From contig CAVVUS010000030.1 in assembly GCA_963751345.1 (NCBI GenBank), positions 224,001 to 288,000 of the forward strand: 64,000 nt of DNA. Reading direction: 5' to 3'. Under the pieces are notes generated by a model. The model was not told where the DNA came from, did no database searches, and saw nothing but the letters and a program-made list of their open reading frames with translations. The position numbers were made by a program, and so were the translations under genes. The DNA is from an uncultured Chloroflexia bacterium (lineage in GTDB: Bacteria; Chloroflexota; Anaerolineae; B4-G1; SLSP01). Positions 1 through 10,831 of the stretch are shown one piece after another. How positions within the stretch are numbered: the stretch's first letter is position 1; each line of letters starts with the position of its first letter.

Positions 1-977
1 CGTAACGTGACCTCCGGCATAGGTACGGCGCTCAGGATCCGGTCCAGCAGGTCGTCGGGACTGACGTTGTCCGCCAGTGCCTCGTAGGACAGAACCAGCC
101 GGTGCCGGATGACGTCACGGGCCAGGTCGCGCACCTCCTGCGGCAGCGCGTAGGCCCGCCCCCGGATAAAGGCGAGCGCCCGGGCGGTCAGGATGAGGTT
201 GATCGACGCGCGCGGGCTGGCGCCGTACAGAATGAACGGTGCCAACTCCCCCTGCCCGATCCGCTTTGGATCGCGGGTCGCGGTCACGAGCTTGACCGCG
301 TACTCGATCAGTGCCGGGTCGACGTAGACCGCGTCGACCGCCTGCTGCAACGCCAGCAACTGCTCGGTATCGATCACGCGCTGCACCGCTTGCAGCGCGC
401 CGGTCATGCGCTCGACCACGACGAACTCCTCGGTCTGCGAGGGATATCCGACCAGTACCTTGAGCATGAACCGGTCGACCTGCGCCTCCGGCAGCGGGTA
501 GGTGCCCTCGGATTCGATGGGGTTCTGGGTGGCCATCACCAGAAAGGGGTCGGGAACGCTATGGGTTTCCCGCCCGATGGTCACCTGTCGTTCCTGCATC
601 ACCTCCAACAGGGCGCTCTGGACCTTGGCCGGAGCGCGATTGATCTCGTCGGCCAACAGCAGGTTGGTAAAGACCGGGCCGAGCGAGGTGTTGAACTCGC
701 CGGTCTTCTGGTTGTAGATCCGCGTCCCGATCAGGTCGGCGGGGACGAGGTCGGGCGTGAATTGGATGCGGTGGAATTGCCCGCCTATGGTAGCCGCCAG
801 GGTCTTGATGGCCATGGTCTTCGCCAGGCCGGGCACGCCCTCCACGAGGATGTGCCCCCGGGCTAGCAAAGCGACAAGGAGCCGTTCCAGCAGGATATCC
901 TGTCCGACGATGATCTTCTTGACCTCGTAAAGCACCTGTTCCATCGTCTCGTTGCTCGAGCTCTGCGCGTATTCCAT
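1..977 (-). CDS. moxR: MoxR-family AAA+ ATPase (runs off window edge)
   Basis: Manual minus-strand translation: MEYAQSSSNETMEQVLYEVKKIIVGQD...GHILVEGVPGLAKT (Walker A), RIQFTPDLVPADLIG, LADEINRAPAKVQSALLE, ATQNPIESEGTYPLPEAQVDRF. Confidence 0.93.
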   Translation of the reverse strand, partial: MEYAQSSSNETMEQVLYEVKKIIVGQDILLERLLVALLARGHILVEGVPGLAKTMAIKTLAATIGGQFHRIQFTPDLVPADLIGTRIYNQKTGEFNTSLGPVFTNLLLADEINRAPAKVQSALLEVMQERQVTIGRETHSVPDPFLVMATQNPIESEGTYPLPEAQVDRFMLKVLVGYPSQTEEFVVVERMTGALQAVQRVIDTEQLLALQQAVDAVYVDPALIEYAVKLVTATRDPKRIGQGELAPFILYGASPRASINLILTARALAFIRGRAYALPQEVRDLARDVIRHRLVLSYEALADNVSPDDLLDRILSAVPMPEVTL

Positions 978-993
978 ACTCACTCCTATATCC

Positions 994-1857
994 TCATCTC
1001 AATACAGCGGTCCGCCCCCGCCGGCCGCAGCCAGGGCCGTGCCGATGGGCACCGCAAATCCGACGCCGACGAAGAAGGTCTGCTCGGAGGGATTGGCCAG
1101 CGCCGTGACGATACCCACGACTTAGCCCTGCCGGTTGAGCAGCGGGCCGCCGGAGTTGCCGGGGTTGACCGCCGTATCGAACTGGATCAGACCCTCCAGC
1201 TGCTGCATCGCTGCCCTCGACCGAGATCGAGCGGTCGAACCCCGAGATGACGCCCGCGCTCAAGGAAGCGACCAGCCCAAAGGGATTGCCGACCGCGTAG
1301 GCCTCGTCGCCCACCCGCATGGCCCCTGAGCTACCGAGCACCGCCGGCACGATGAGCTCAGGGGGTTCGGCAGGATGCACGACGGCGATGTCGTTCTCCG
1401 GCTCGGCGGAGATGATCTCGCCCGTCGTCTGGCTGCCATCGGCGAAGTAGATGTCGATCTTCGTCGTCCCGGTCACGACGTGCAGCGCGGTCAGGATGTC
1501 GCCGGCGTCGTTGACGATGACGCCGCTGCCGACGCCAAAGTGTCCTCCCTCCCCCGTATCGGCACTCTCGGTCTGGATGAAGACCAGTGACGGCAGGATG
1601 ACCTGGTAGACCTGGGCGGAGTAAGGCGGCGGCGGTGTAGCCGAGGCCATCACTTGCGAGATCTCCGCGTCGATCTCACGTTGCGTTGGCGGCACGGGTG
1701 GGGGATAAAGGCGGTTGTAAGCGTACACGCCTACGAATACGGAGACGAGGATCAAGGCGAACGGCCACGCGCGCTTCGCAACGACGCGCCATCGCTGTGA
1801 CCGCGCAAGCCCCTTCCTGCCCTCCGGAGCCGGTGGTGCACTTGGGTCTTCAGCCAT
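994..1857 (-). CDS. Membrane-anchored trypsin-like S1C/HtrA-type serine protease, frameshifted near 1200
   Basis: N-terminal [26 protein letters not shown]; [16 protein letters not shown] is read in another frame. Confidence 0.85.
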   Translation of the reverse strand: MAEDPSAPPAPEGRKGLARSQRWRVVAKRAWPFALILVSVFVGVYAYNRLYPPPVPPTQREIDAEISQVMASATPPPPYSAQVYQVILPSLVFIQTESADTGEGGHFGVGSGVIVNDAGDILTALHVVTGTTKIDIYFADGSQTTGEIISAEPENDIAVVHPAEPPELIVPAVLGSSGAMRVGDEAYAVGNPFGLVASLSAGVISGFDRSISVEGSDAAAGGSDPVRYGGQPRQLRRPAAQPAGLSRGYRHGAGQSLRADLLRRRRICGAHRHGPGCGRRGRTAVLR

Positions 1858-2033
1858 ACGGAATAGCTCTGTGTCCCTTTAGCCTGACAACTGACGAGCG
1901 ATCATCCGGGTAACATCATCACCTCCAGTTTACCATATTATTCTGAGTGTATTCTGAGAAATCGCTACGAAGTCCCCATCTCAGACTGTGTCAGGCCCAA
2001 ATGCTGCCGGTGGTCAGTTAAGCTGACTCTTGG

Positions 2034-2110
2034 GGTTCGTAGTAACGACTTCAGTCGTTCCGGTGCCTCAGTAGGCGGCGCCAGAACCGCTGAAGCGGTT
2101 ACTACGAACC
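2034..2110. repeat. REP-like inverted doublet (GTAG family)
   Basis: GGTTCGTAGTAACGACTTCAGTCGTT...AACCGCTGAAGCGGTTACTACGAACC; each arm has its own hairpin. Confidence 0.8.
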
Positions 2111-2218
2111 AGGTTAACGGGCCACCAGAAACAGAACGAAGTTGTGTATTTTGCACAGGCACAAAACCGAATTACCCTATCGTGGAACAGAAAAACGAGG
2201 CAGGTAGGAGATGGAACT

Positions 2219-3740
2219 ATGGATCAAACGGCCGGCTCCTGGCAATTGGCTTCCGCGACAGCCCTCCCGACCCATCAACCCAGCCGCCGGTTGTACTTCT
2301 TCTCCGAAGCGCTGCCGGAAGGCGCCCGCAACATCCACCCAATCTATGCGCCGGTGACCAAGCACGGCGTTGTGCTTGAGGGCGACGCCCCTTGGGAACA
2401 GGGCGGCGCGGTGGCGTCGTTTTGCAGTACGGTGATGCGCCTCGAGGATGGACGCTACCGCCTCTACTACACCACGGTCAACGCCGGAGGCATGCGCCTG
2501 GCCGTGGCCGAGTCTGCCGACGGCCTTGCCTGGCAGCGTCTGCCGCTGGGACAGGAGCGCTGGCAGGGACACGACTACCAACCGCATCGTCCTGACGGGG
2601 GTCCCCGGCGCGGAAACAATCGAGCATCAGGCCATCGCGCTCGAAGGTGACGCCGGCCGGCAAAACCAGGTGGGCCAGCCCCAGGTGCTGCGCTTGCCCG
2701 ATGGTCGCTGGCGCATGGCCTACTGGCATCACCAGCACGGCTGGGGCCGGATTCCCTACCTCTACACCATCGCCGAGAGCGACGACGGCCTGCGCTGGCA
2801 CGTGCCGCACTACGATCGCCCGGCGCTCACTTCCCACTGGCTCGGAGATCAATCGGCGCTGGACCCCCAAGCGAAGCTGGCGGAGAAAGCCCGCCGCACC
2901 AACGACGCCAACTACGTGTACTGGAATCCGCGATTGCAGTGCTACGAGCAGTTTTCACAGTGGCTTCTCGACGCCATCCCCGAGCGGCGCGTCGCCGAGG
3001 ACAACGCCCCGGACGTCAACCGCATGATCCAGCGCCGCGTCAGCGCCGACGGCCTGACCTGGAGCGCGCCGGAACTGGTCATCCGGGCGGACGCTCGCGA
3101 CCCGTGGGACCAGCAGTTCTACCACCTCGCCGTACAATACCACGAGGATTGGCTGATCGGCTCGCTGGGCCACTACCGGGTCGAGGCCGCGCAGCAGACG
3201 ATGGACCTTGAGCTGGCCTTCAGCCGCGACGGACGCCGCTGGGAGCGCCCGCTGCGCGGCGGCTTCATCCCGCGCGAGCCGGGAGGGCGCGACGCCGAAG
3301 GCGTCTACCCGCCCAATGCCTGGATCGATCGCGGTGACAACTGGCTGTGTCTCTACACGGGCTCGGCCCGCAAGCACAACCAGCACGCCCGGACCGACCT
3401 GCCGCCCAACTGCATCATGGCTGCAACTTGGTCGAAGCACCGCTTCGTCGGGCTGCGTGCCGGCCACGTGCCGGGCGGGTTCCTGACGCCGGTGGTCTAC
3501 CCGCAGGCGGCTGAAATCCGGCTGGACGCCGACGTGCGCGGCTGGCTGCGCGCTGAGCTCTGCGACGCCTGGGGCCGGAAGATCGAGGGCTATCACCTGG
3601 AAGATAGCATCCCCGTCCATGGCGACGACACGGCGCACGTCCTGCGCTGGCGCGATCGGGACACCGGTAGCTTCCGCCACGACCCGGTGCGCCTGCGTTT
3701 CGAATATGCCGACGCCGACGTCTATTCCGTGCTGACATGA
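2219..3740 (+). CDS. Five-bladed beta-propeller glycoside hydrolase-like protein (GH32/43/130-like), frameshift near 2575
   Basis: ORFs 2144-2650 and 2448-3740 joined; Asp-box-like repeats ESADGLAW, ESDDGLRW, SADGLTW, SRDGRRW. Confidence 0.7.
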
Positions 3741-3842
3741 CCTCTGCGCCGGGCCCCGGCGAGTCTGCTTGTACCTGTAGGGGCACGAGCGGCCGGGGAC
3801 CTCCGTCTGAGGCGCAGGGACGGGGAGGGAGAAGGCCCATAT

Positions 3843-4038
3843 GCATCAAGCTAAGCCCACGTTCGCGTCGGCGAAGGCCATCCATCTATGGACCGCGGGC
3901 GTCTCGCCCGCTCTGAGCGCACGCGTGACCCGCGATGACCCTCGTGATCTGCGCATCACGTACCTGCGCGGGCTAGCAGAGCGGGCGAGACGCCCGCGGT
4001 CCACTATTGGCGCCCACCTGGCGTCCTTAGCTTGATGC
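3843..4038. mobile_element. MITE/REPIN-like nested inverted-repeat element
   Basis: 13-bp TIRs GCATCAAGCTAAG/CTTAGCTTGATGC enclose a 27-bp perfect IR (3889-3915 and 3977-4003). Confidence 0.65.
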
Positions 4039-4114
4039 CCATAGGCGAGCTGCCCGCGGTCCAGCAGACGAGCGCCTTCTCTAGTCTGCTCCTATCCATA
4101 TCAGGAGGAAACCG

Positions 4115-6211
4115 ATGACACTCGAACACACGTGGTACCAGACCCGCTACCGCCGCATGCTCGGTGGATATGCACATCCCCGACTGGGATCCGGCGTTCC
4201 TCGCCCACTACGATCCCCAACGCATGATCGACCTCTACGTGCAGGCGAACCTCAATGCCGTGATGTTCTACTGCCAGTCGCACGTCGGGCTCTGTTACTG
4301 GCCCACGACGACCGGCAAGCAGCACGCCGGTCTGAACGGGCGCGACATCGTCGGCGAGTTGCTGGCCCTGCTTAACGAGCACGACATCGCCGCGACCGCC
4401 TACTACTCGCTGATCTTCAACAATCAGGCAGCCCTCGACCATCCCGACTGGGCCATCATCTCGCCAAAGGGATATCACAAGCCCGGGCGGTATGGTCACG
4501 TCTGTCCGAACAATCCCGACTACCGGGCCTTCGCGCTGGCCCAGACGGAGGAACTGGTCACCGGGTACGACTTCGACGGCTTCTTCTTCGACATGACCTT
4601 CTGGCCCGACATCTGCGTCTGCCCACACTGCCGCAAGCGCTATCTGGAGGAAACCGGACGGCCCATTCCGCTGACCATCGACTGGCTCTCCCCTGAATGG
4701 TGCGCGTTCCAGGCGGCGCGCGAGCGCTGGATCGAGGAGTTCGCCGGGATGTTCACCGCGCAGGCACGGCTGCGCAAGCCCGACATGCCGGTCTACCACA
4801 ACTTCGCCACCGCGCTGATCGGATGGTCGCCCGCCGTCCCCTTCTCCTCGGCGAAGCACCACACCTTCCTCGGCGCCGACTTCTACGGCGACCGCGTGGA
4901 ACAACTGCTCGCCTGCAAGACGATGCTCAACCTCAGCGAGCACCGTCCCATTGAGTTCATGACCTCGGCCTGTGTGACGGTCGCCAACCACGTGACCCTG
5001 AAGCCGGCAGCCGAGATGGCCCTCCAGGCCTACGCCGCCCTGCTCTTCTCCGCCGCCTTCCTCTTCATCGACGCCGTCAATCCGGACGGGACCATCGAGC
5101 CCGAGCCCTTCGCGCAGGTCGGCGAGATCTTCGCGGAGACGTCCCGAGTATGAGCCTTACCTGGGCGGGACCTCTGTGGAGGATATCGGCGTCTACTTCA
5201 GCGACGCCTCGCGGGCCGACTTCTCCAAGAACGGCGCGCCTATCGGCCAGGCGACGTGGGGCCACGGCACGCACACGCGTGCGGTGCGCGGGATGTGCCG
5301 GCTGTTGCAGCAGGCCCACCTCCCGTTTGGCGTCATCACGCGCAAGCAGCTACCGGTGCTCGACCGCTACAAGGTCGTCGTGCTCCCCGACGTGTCGCGG
5401 ATGGACGCCGAGGAAGTCGAGGCGATCCGGGCCTACGTGCGCGGCGGCGGTCGCGTGTACGCCAGCGGGATGACGTCGCTGACCGAAACGCAAGGGGTGC
5501 GCCGCACCGATTTCGCGCTTGCCGACGTCTTCGGGTGTCACTTTGCCGCCATAGACGCGGGCAAGACGACCTACCTCAAACCGGCGACGCCGGAGATCAA
5601 CCGGACCTCGTCTCTGCCTCAGAAATACGTCCAGCGCGACGCGGACGATGCTCCACCTTCAACCGGAGGCCGAGGGCGAGATCCTGGCCACCCTCAGCCT
5701 GCCCTACGGCAGCCCCGAGCCCGGCTCCCTCTTCGACCACGCGTGGTCGAGCATCCACACCTCGCCGCCGTGGGAGGACACCGGGCGCCCGGCCCTCGTG
5801 CGCCACCGGGTCGGGAACGGGCAGGCCGTTTACTGCGCGGCGGCCCTGGAGGCGGACGAGAGCGACGTCAACACCCGGCTGCTCACCGCCCTCCTGCGCG
5901 ACCTGCTGGCCGATCCCTCCTATACCGCCGAGACGCATCCCGACGTGTGGATGAACGTCATGCACCAGCCCGACCAAGGGCGCTTCCTGATCGGGTTCCT
6001 CAATGCGCAGCGCCAGGTGCCGCCCGTGCCCGTGCCGCCGATCCCCTTCACCCTCAGGCCACCGGCGGGGACAAAGGTCACGGCGCTGCTGCGCCTGCCT
6101 GATGAAACGCCGGTTCCGTTCTCCACCACGGACGACGGCACGCTCTACGCCACAGCCGATACGTTGGAGATGTTCGCGCTCTACATGGCCACCTACGCGC
6201 CATCCTCGTAG
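4115..6211 (+). CDS. Glycoside hydrolase (GH151/GH42-like TIM barrel plus trimerization domain), about 3 frameshifts
   Basis: ORFs 4115, 4164, 5176 and 5648 joined; QSHVGLCYWPT, YDFDGFFFDM, CVCPHC, YKVVVLPDV. Confidence 0.75.
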
Positions 6212-6364
6212 CGGCGGTGCGTCGGCATCGTCCCGCTGCTCCAGCGCCATCTCGCTTACCAGGCGCCGCTGTCATTCGTGGTCATGCTCGCGCTCCCCAA
6301 GCTCTCGTCTGCGAGAGCCATGTTATAATCTATGGCAAATACCTTTAACAAATAGGATAGGTAG

Positions 6365-7177
6365 ATGCCACAAACTATAAGCGGGCTTAGCCCCAAGGAA
6401 GCCGAGTTTCTCTCGATACTGGCCTCACAGGGCAAGAAGATCTTCACTTCATCCGAAGCGCACGCGTTCTGGGGAAGCCCCAGTATGACGGATCAAGCCC
6501 TCTACCAACTGGAACGCCGTGGATGGCTGTACCGGCTTGAGCCTGGGATCTACCTGCTGCTCCCACTCGAAGCAGGGCCGGAGAGACACTGGTCGGAGTC
6601 AGCCCTGATCATCGCGCCATACCTGGTCGAACCAGCCGCCATTGCCTACTGGTCCGCACTGCACTACTGGCAGTTGACCGAGCAGATTCCGCGCATTACC
6701 TTTGTCCAGTCGACGACACGCAAACGACCGGCAACCAAGACGATTCTGAACATGAGCTTTCGGTTCGTCACCGTCAAGGAAGAAAAGTTCTTTGGCTTGG
6801 CGCGTCGAACGCTGGACGGCCAACCCTTCCAGGTGACGAACCGTGAGAAGACCTTGATAGATGCAGCGGATCGCCCCGAACTAAGCGGTGGCATCTATCA
6901 ACTGGCGCAGTCACTCCAATCAGCCCAGGAACTTGATTGGCATCAGCTGTCGGATTACTTGAGTCATTGGCCGACGACAAGTCCCACCAAGAGGATCGGC
7001 TATCTTGTCGAGGCACTCGATCTCGAAATCCCCGATCGGAACATGAGGATAGCGCAGTGGCAAGAGCGGATCGCCCCGGGCGTCGTGCTCCTCGAACCGG
7101 GGCGATCCCGAGATATCGGCAGCATCACTACCCGCTGGCAACTGCAGATCAACGTCGATGGTCCCTGGAATCGTTAG
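6365..7177 (+). CDS. abiEi: Type IV TA antitoxin, AbiEi family
   Basis: N-terminal wHTH (LERRGWLYRLEPGIY), IAYWSALHYWQLTEQIP, VTNREKTLID. Confidence 0.88.
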   Translation: MPQTISGLSPKEAEFLSILASQGKKIFTSSEAHAFWGSPSMTDQALYQLERRGWLYRLEPGIYLLLPLEAGPERHWSESALIIAPYLVEPAAIAYWSALHYWQLTEQIPRITFVQSTTRKRPATKTILNMSFRFVTVKEEKFFGLARRTLDGQPFQVTNREKTLIDAADRPELSGGIYQLAQSLQSAQELDWHQLSDYLSHWPTTSPTKRIGYLVEALDLEIPDRNMRIAQWQERIAPGVVLLEPGRSRDIGSITTRWQLQINVDGPWNR

Positions 7178-7186
7178 GAGACGACC

Positions 7187-8050
7187 GTGATCACCGAAGC
7201 CGAACTGAGGCAGAGGGCGTTCGCATGGGGCGTCGATGCGATGGTGGTGGACCTCGACTACAGTCTAGGGTGGTTCCTTGCTGCATTCTACGCGGCCAAT
7301 GAACGCGCAAACGGGCTGTGCTTCAAAGGGGGCACCTGCCTGCGGAAATGCTACTTCGGCGAGTACCGGTTCTCCGAGGACTTGGACTTCACAGCAACGA
7401 TCCGCGTCACGGCGGAGCAGTTAGTCGAGTGGACAGCCAACGCTTCCGCCTGGTCCGGGGACCACGATGGTCCCGGTTTCGAGGCAGCAGCCCCGCGCAT
7501 CGAAACGGTCCGTGACGAGTATGGTCATGAGACCTACCAGGTTCGTCTCTACTTCCGTGGCCCCTTACAATGGGGTGGCAGTCCCAGAGCGATTCGCCTG
7601 GACGTGACACGCGACGAGGTCATGATACTGCCTGCAGATACTCGAGCCCTAATCCACCCGTATTCCGATGCCGAACTCCTACAAGGTGTCGGGATTCCCT
7701 GCTACTCGCCCGTAGAGATTCTGGCAGAGAAGCTGCGGGCTATTGGCGGGCAGCGGCGATTCACGGTTTCTCGTGATCTCTACGACATTCACCACCTTAT
7801 ACGCATCGGTGTTACAGCCAAACAGTTCATTCCGCTGTTAGCGAGGAAGTTCGCGGCCCGCGAGGTAGATCTCGCCGACCTGAGTATCGAACGCGTCGAA
7901 GCTCGCCGTAGGGATTTTCAGGAGGACTGGGAACGCCGGCTCAACTACCTCGTCGAAGGGGAAAACCAGGGTCGATTTCGGTGCGGCATGGGAGACCCTG
8001 ATGGAGACTGTACGGGAAATGGAAGCTCAGAGCCCCCACATCCTAGATAA
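7187..8050 (+). CDS. abiEii: Type IV TA toxin, AbiEii/AbiGii nucleotidyltransferase
   Basis: FKGGTCLRKCY...RFSEDLDF, EILAEKLRA, SRDLYDI; the C-terminus is probably frameshifted. Confidence 0.9.
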   Translation: MITEAELRQRAFAWGVDAMVVDLDYSLGWFLAAFYAANERANGLCFKGGTCLRKCYFGEYRFSEDLDFTATIRVTAEQLVEWTANASAWSGDHDGPGFEAAAPRIETVRDEYGHETYQVRLYFRGPLQWGGSPRAIRLDVTRDEVMILPADTRALIHPYSDAELLQGVGIPCYSPVEILAEKLRAIGGQRRFTVSRDLYDIHHLIRIGVTAKQFIPLLARKFAAREVDLADLSIERVEARRRDFQEDWERRLNYLVEGENQGRFRCGMGDPDGDCTGNGSSEPPHPR

Positions 8051-8466
8051 GCCCAAGGAAGGTTGATGCGCTCGCGCAATTCTGGTGCAGAATATGCATC
8101 CAGTGCACGTTCCGTTCCGCTCCCCGTCATGCTCGCATCCACCAGCCGATTCAGCGCGTCATAGCCAAAGCTGCCCCGCTGCGCGCCCGCCCATTCCAGG
8201 TAGGCGTCGAGATATGTCTTGCTCTGAGACGGCCGGTAGAGAAAACCCGCACCACAGCTCTTTCACCTATCCACACACCCTTGATGGGTCCTCGGCACCG
8301 GCTGAAGACTATGATAACTCAACCAACAGAAATGGCGCCGCTGAAGCGACCCCCTTGGTATACAGGCCAAATCGCGTCACGTTAGCTGAAAACACCGGGA
8401 TGAGTATCGGAATCGCTTCCGAAGGGCATATAATACCGGCGAGTCCTTGACGTACGGGAGGTCCCC

Positions 8467-9877
8467 ATGGAGGATTTCTGGTCGCGCTACCGAACCGTTG
8501 AGCAGAAGAGCTTCGATTTCCTGGCCGGCAGTCCGTGCCGGCTCGACCATTACGACGTACGCCTGCGCATCCATCCCGACCGGCACAGCGTGGACGTCAC
8601 GGGCACGGCGCGCGGTCGCGTTGTCGGTCCCGGTGCAGACGAGTTCAGGTTCCTGCTGGGGCTGGACTACCGGGAGCCGGCAGCAACGTCGTGCACGATC
8701 CGCGAGCTGACGCTGGATGGCCGGCCCGCGGCACCGATACGCAGTGATGGGCACACGCATCGCGTCGCATTCCCCCGACCGCGGGAGCAGCGGAGAGACC
8801 TTCGAGCTGGGCTTCGACTACAGCACCGTGCCGGTAGCCCGGAAGTGCTGGGTCAACGCCCAGTCCGACTGGCCGGTGCCCGGACTCGCGGATGGCGAGA
8901 CCGAGCTTTGCTTCGAGGGCTACTGGCTCCCCTTTGCCAACGCCCTCTTCCAGCCGGTGACGTTCCGGATCGACATCGCCGACGTGCCGGGCAGCGTGGT
9001 GGTGGCCAATGGGGAATCGCTTGGGGATCTGGTCAACGAGGGCGAGCGGTGGCACCGGTACCGATTGGCGGTACCCACCTTCCCCACCGTCGTTGCAGGC
9101 GACTTCGAGATCCTCACCAAGCCCCTCAGCGGTGGGTCGTTCTCCTTCTATCATCAGGCCGGCTATGCAGGTGTAGCCGACGAGGTGCTGGCGACGGGCG
9201 TCCGTATCCTCGACCTCTTCACCCGGTGGCTGACGATAAGTCCGCGGGGCGATCTCGCGCTGATCCAGTTGGCCCGCACCGAATGGGGCCAATACGCGCC
9301 GTTCCCTTTCGTCATCTTCCCCCGGGACGACATCCGGAAGGACGTCGCCGCGAACGACTGGAAGCGGATCTCACAGATGTTGGCGCATGAGATCGGGCAC
9401 TTCTGGTTCGGCAATCTGCTCAAATCCGGACCCACAGAACAGTGGCTGAGCGAGGGTTTCGCGCAGTATTTCAACCTTCTCTACACGGAGCACGCGTTCG
9501 GAGCGGAGGCCCTGCGCGGCGAACTTCAGCGCTACGTATCGCGCCTGTCCGAGATCGACATCGAGACCCAGGCACCGCTGGATCACATCACCTTCGAAAA
9601 CCCGGCACAGCCCATCCTGGTCAGGCTCAAGGGCGCACTCGTGCTGCACTGCCTGAGACAGCGTCTGGGCACAGAGCGCTTTATCGCGTTCCTGGCGGCG
9701 CTGGTCCGCCGCTACCAGGGCCAACTGATGACCACCGCCGATGTCGAGGGTGAGGCCGGCCGGTTTCTCGGGCCGCAGGAGGCCCACACGTTCTTCGACA
9801 CCCATCTGCGCGGCCTGGCGATCTACGACTGGGATCCGGCGACGGACACCGTCGTAGCGACAGTATCGCAGGCATAG
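8467..9877 (+). CDS. M1-family zinc aminopeptidase, frameshift near 8775
   Basis: AHEIGHFWFGN...WLSEGFAQY (HExxH-x18-E), KGALVLH. Confidence 0.85.
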
Positions 9878-9989
9878 CGAGGCGTCGGCGATCGGCCGAG
9901 TATAGAGGGGTATTTCGGTCTGGTTAGGGGTCCTGTTCCAAGTGGGTACTTGGTGCCACGAAAAACAGGGGCAGAAAAGACAAAAAGTG

Positions 9990-10062
9990 TGGGCCCACCA
10001 GGATTCGAACCTGGAACCGACCGGTTATGAGCCGGCTGCTCTAACCGTTGAGCTATGAGCCC
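9990..10062 (-). tRNA. tRNA-Ile2 (CAT, lysidine type; elongator Met not excluded)
   Basis: GGGCTCATAGCTCAACGGTTAGAGCAGCCGGCTCATAACCGGTCGGTTCCAGGTTCGAATCCTGGTGGGCCCA; CCA not encoded. Confidence 0.9.
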
Positions 10063-10068
10063 CTGTAG

Positions 10069-10139
10069 AGCGGGCGACGGGAATCGAACCCGTATCTTTA
10101 GCTTGGAAGGCTAAGGCTCTACCATTAAGCAACACCCGC
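10069..10139 (-). tRNA. tRNA-Gly (TCC)
   Basis: GCGGGTGTTGCTTAATGGTAGAGCCTTAGCCTTCCAAGCTAAAGATACGGGTTCGATTCCCGTCGCCCGCT. Confidence 0.93.
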
Positions 10140-10148
10140 ACATTTCAG

Positions 10149-10157
10149 ATTATACCA
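10149..10157 (-). promoter_or_regulatory. Extended -10 promoter of the tRNA pair
   Basis: TGGTATAAT about 10 nt upstream of tRNA-Gly. Confidence 0.6.
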
Positions 10158-10160
10158 TGC

Positions 10161-10830
10161 TCACCCCAACTCGTCGAGGAAATCGCCCAGGCTGTGGCGC
10201 ACCGCGTAGGCCGCGGCCTCGGCGCGATTCGTGAGATCCAGCTTTGAGAGGATACTGCTGACGTAGTTGCGCACGGTCCCCTCGCCCAGGAAGAGTTCTT
10301 TCGCAATCTCCTTGTTGGTGAAGCCCTTCGATACCAATCCCAGGACGCGCAGCTCCTGCTCGGTGAGGTCCTTGAAGGCAGCCGCCTGCTCCTTGCGGGT
10401 CGCCTCGCGCACCCGCTGCAGGACGCGCTGCGTGACCGCAGGGTCGAGCAGGGCGTCGCCCTCGGCCACGCGCCGGACGGCCCGCACGAGCTCCTCGCCG
10501 CCGCCCTGTTTGAGCACGTAGCCGGCGGCGCCGGCGCTGATCGCGTCAAAGAGCATCTCGTCCTCGGCATACGAGGTAAGCATCAGCACCTGCGGTCTCC
10601 GGGAACTCCTCCTTGATCTCGCGGCAGGCCTCGATGCCGTTCTTGCCCGGCATACGGATGTCCATCACGACCACGTCGGGGTGATGGATCCGCGCCTGTT
10701 CCAGCGCCTCGTCCGCCGAGGCCGCCTCGCCCACCACGGCGAAATCCGGCTGGTTGCTCAACAGCGTCCTCAATCCCAGGCGCACCACCTCGTGGTCGTC
10801 CACCACCAAAATCCTGTATGTCATCGCCAC
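10161..10830 (-). CDS. NarL/LuxR response regulator, frameshift near 10590
   Basis: [30 protein letters not shown]...NKEIAKEL...TVRNYVS. Confidence 0.92.
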
Positions 10831-10831
10831 C

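Noticed and set aside
8060-8460. Riboswitch or ncRNA upstream of the M1 peptidase (also checked 12210-12450 and 40100-40500)
   Set aside because: No aptamer consensus recognisable by eye; an Infernal search would be needed.
9880-10062. att-site direct repeat of the tRNA 3' end
   Set aside because: No convincing duplicate of the tRNA end and no integrase seen in the window.
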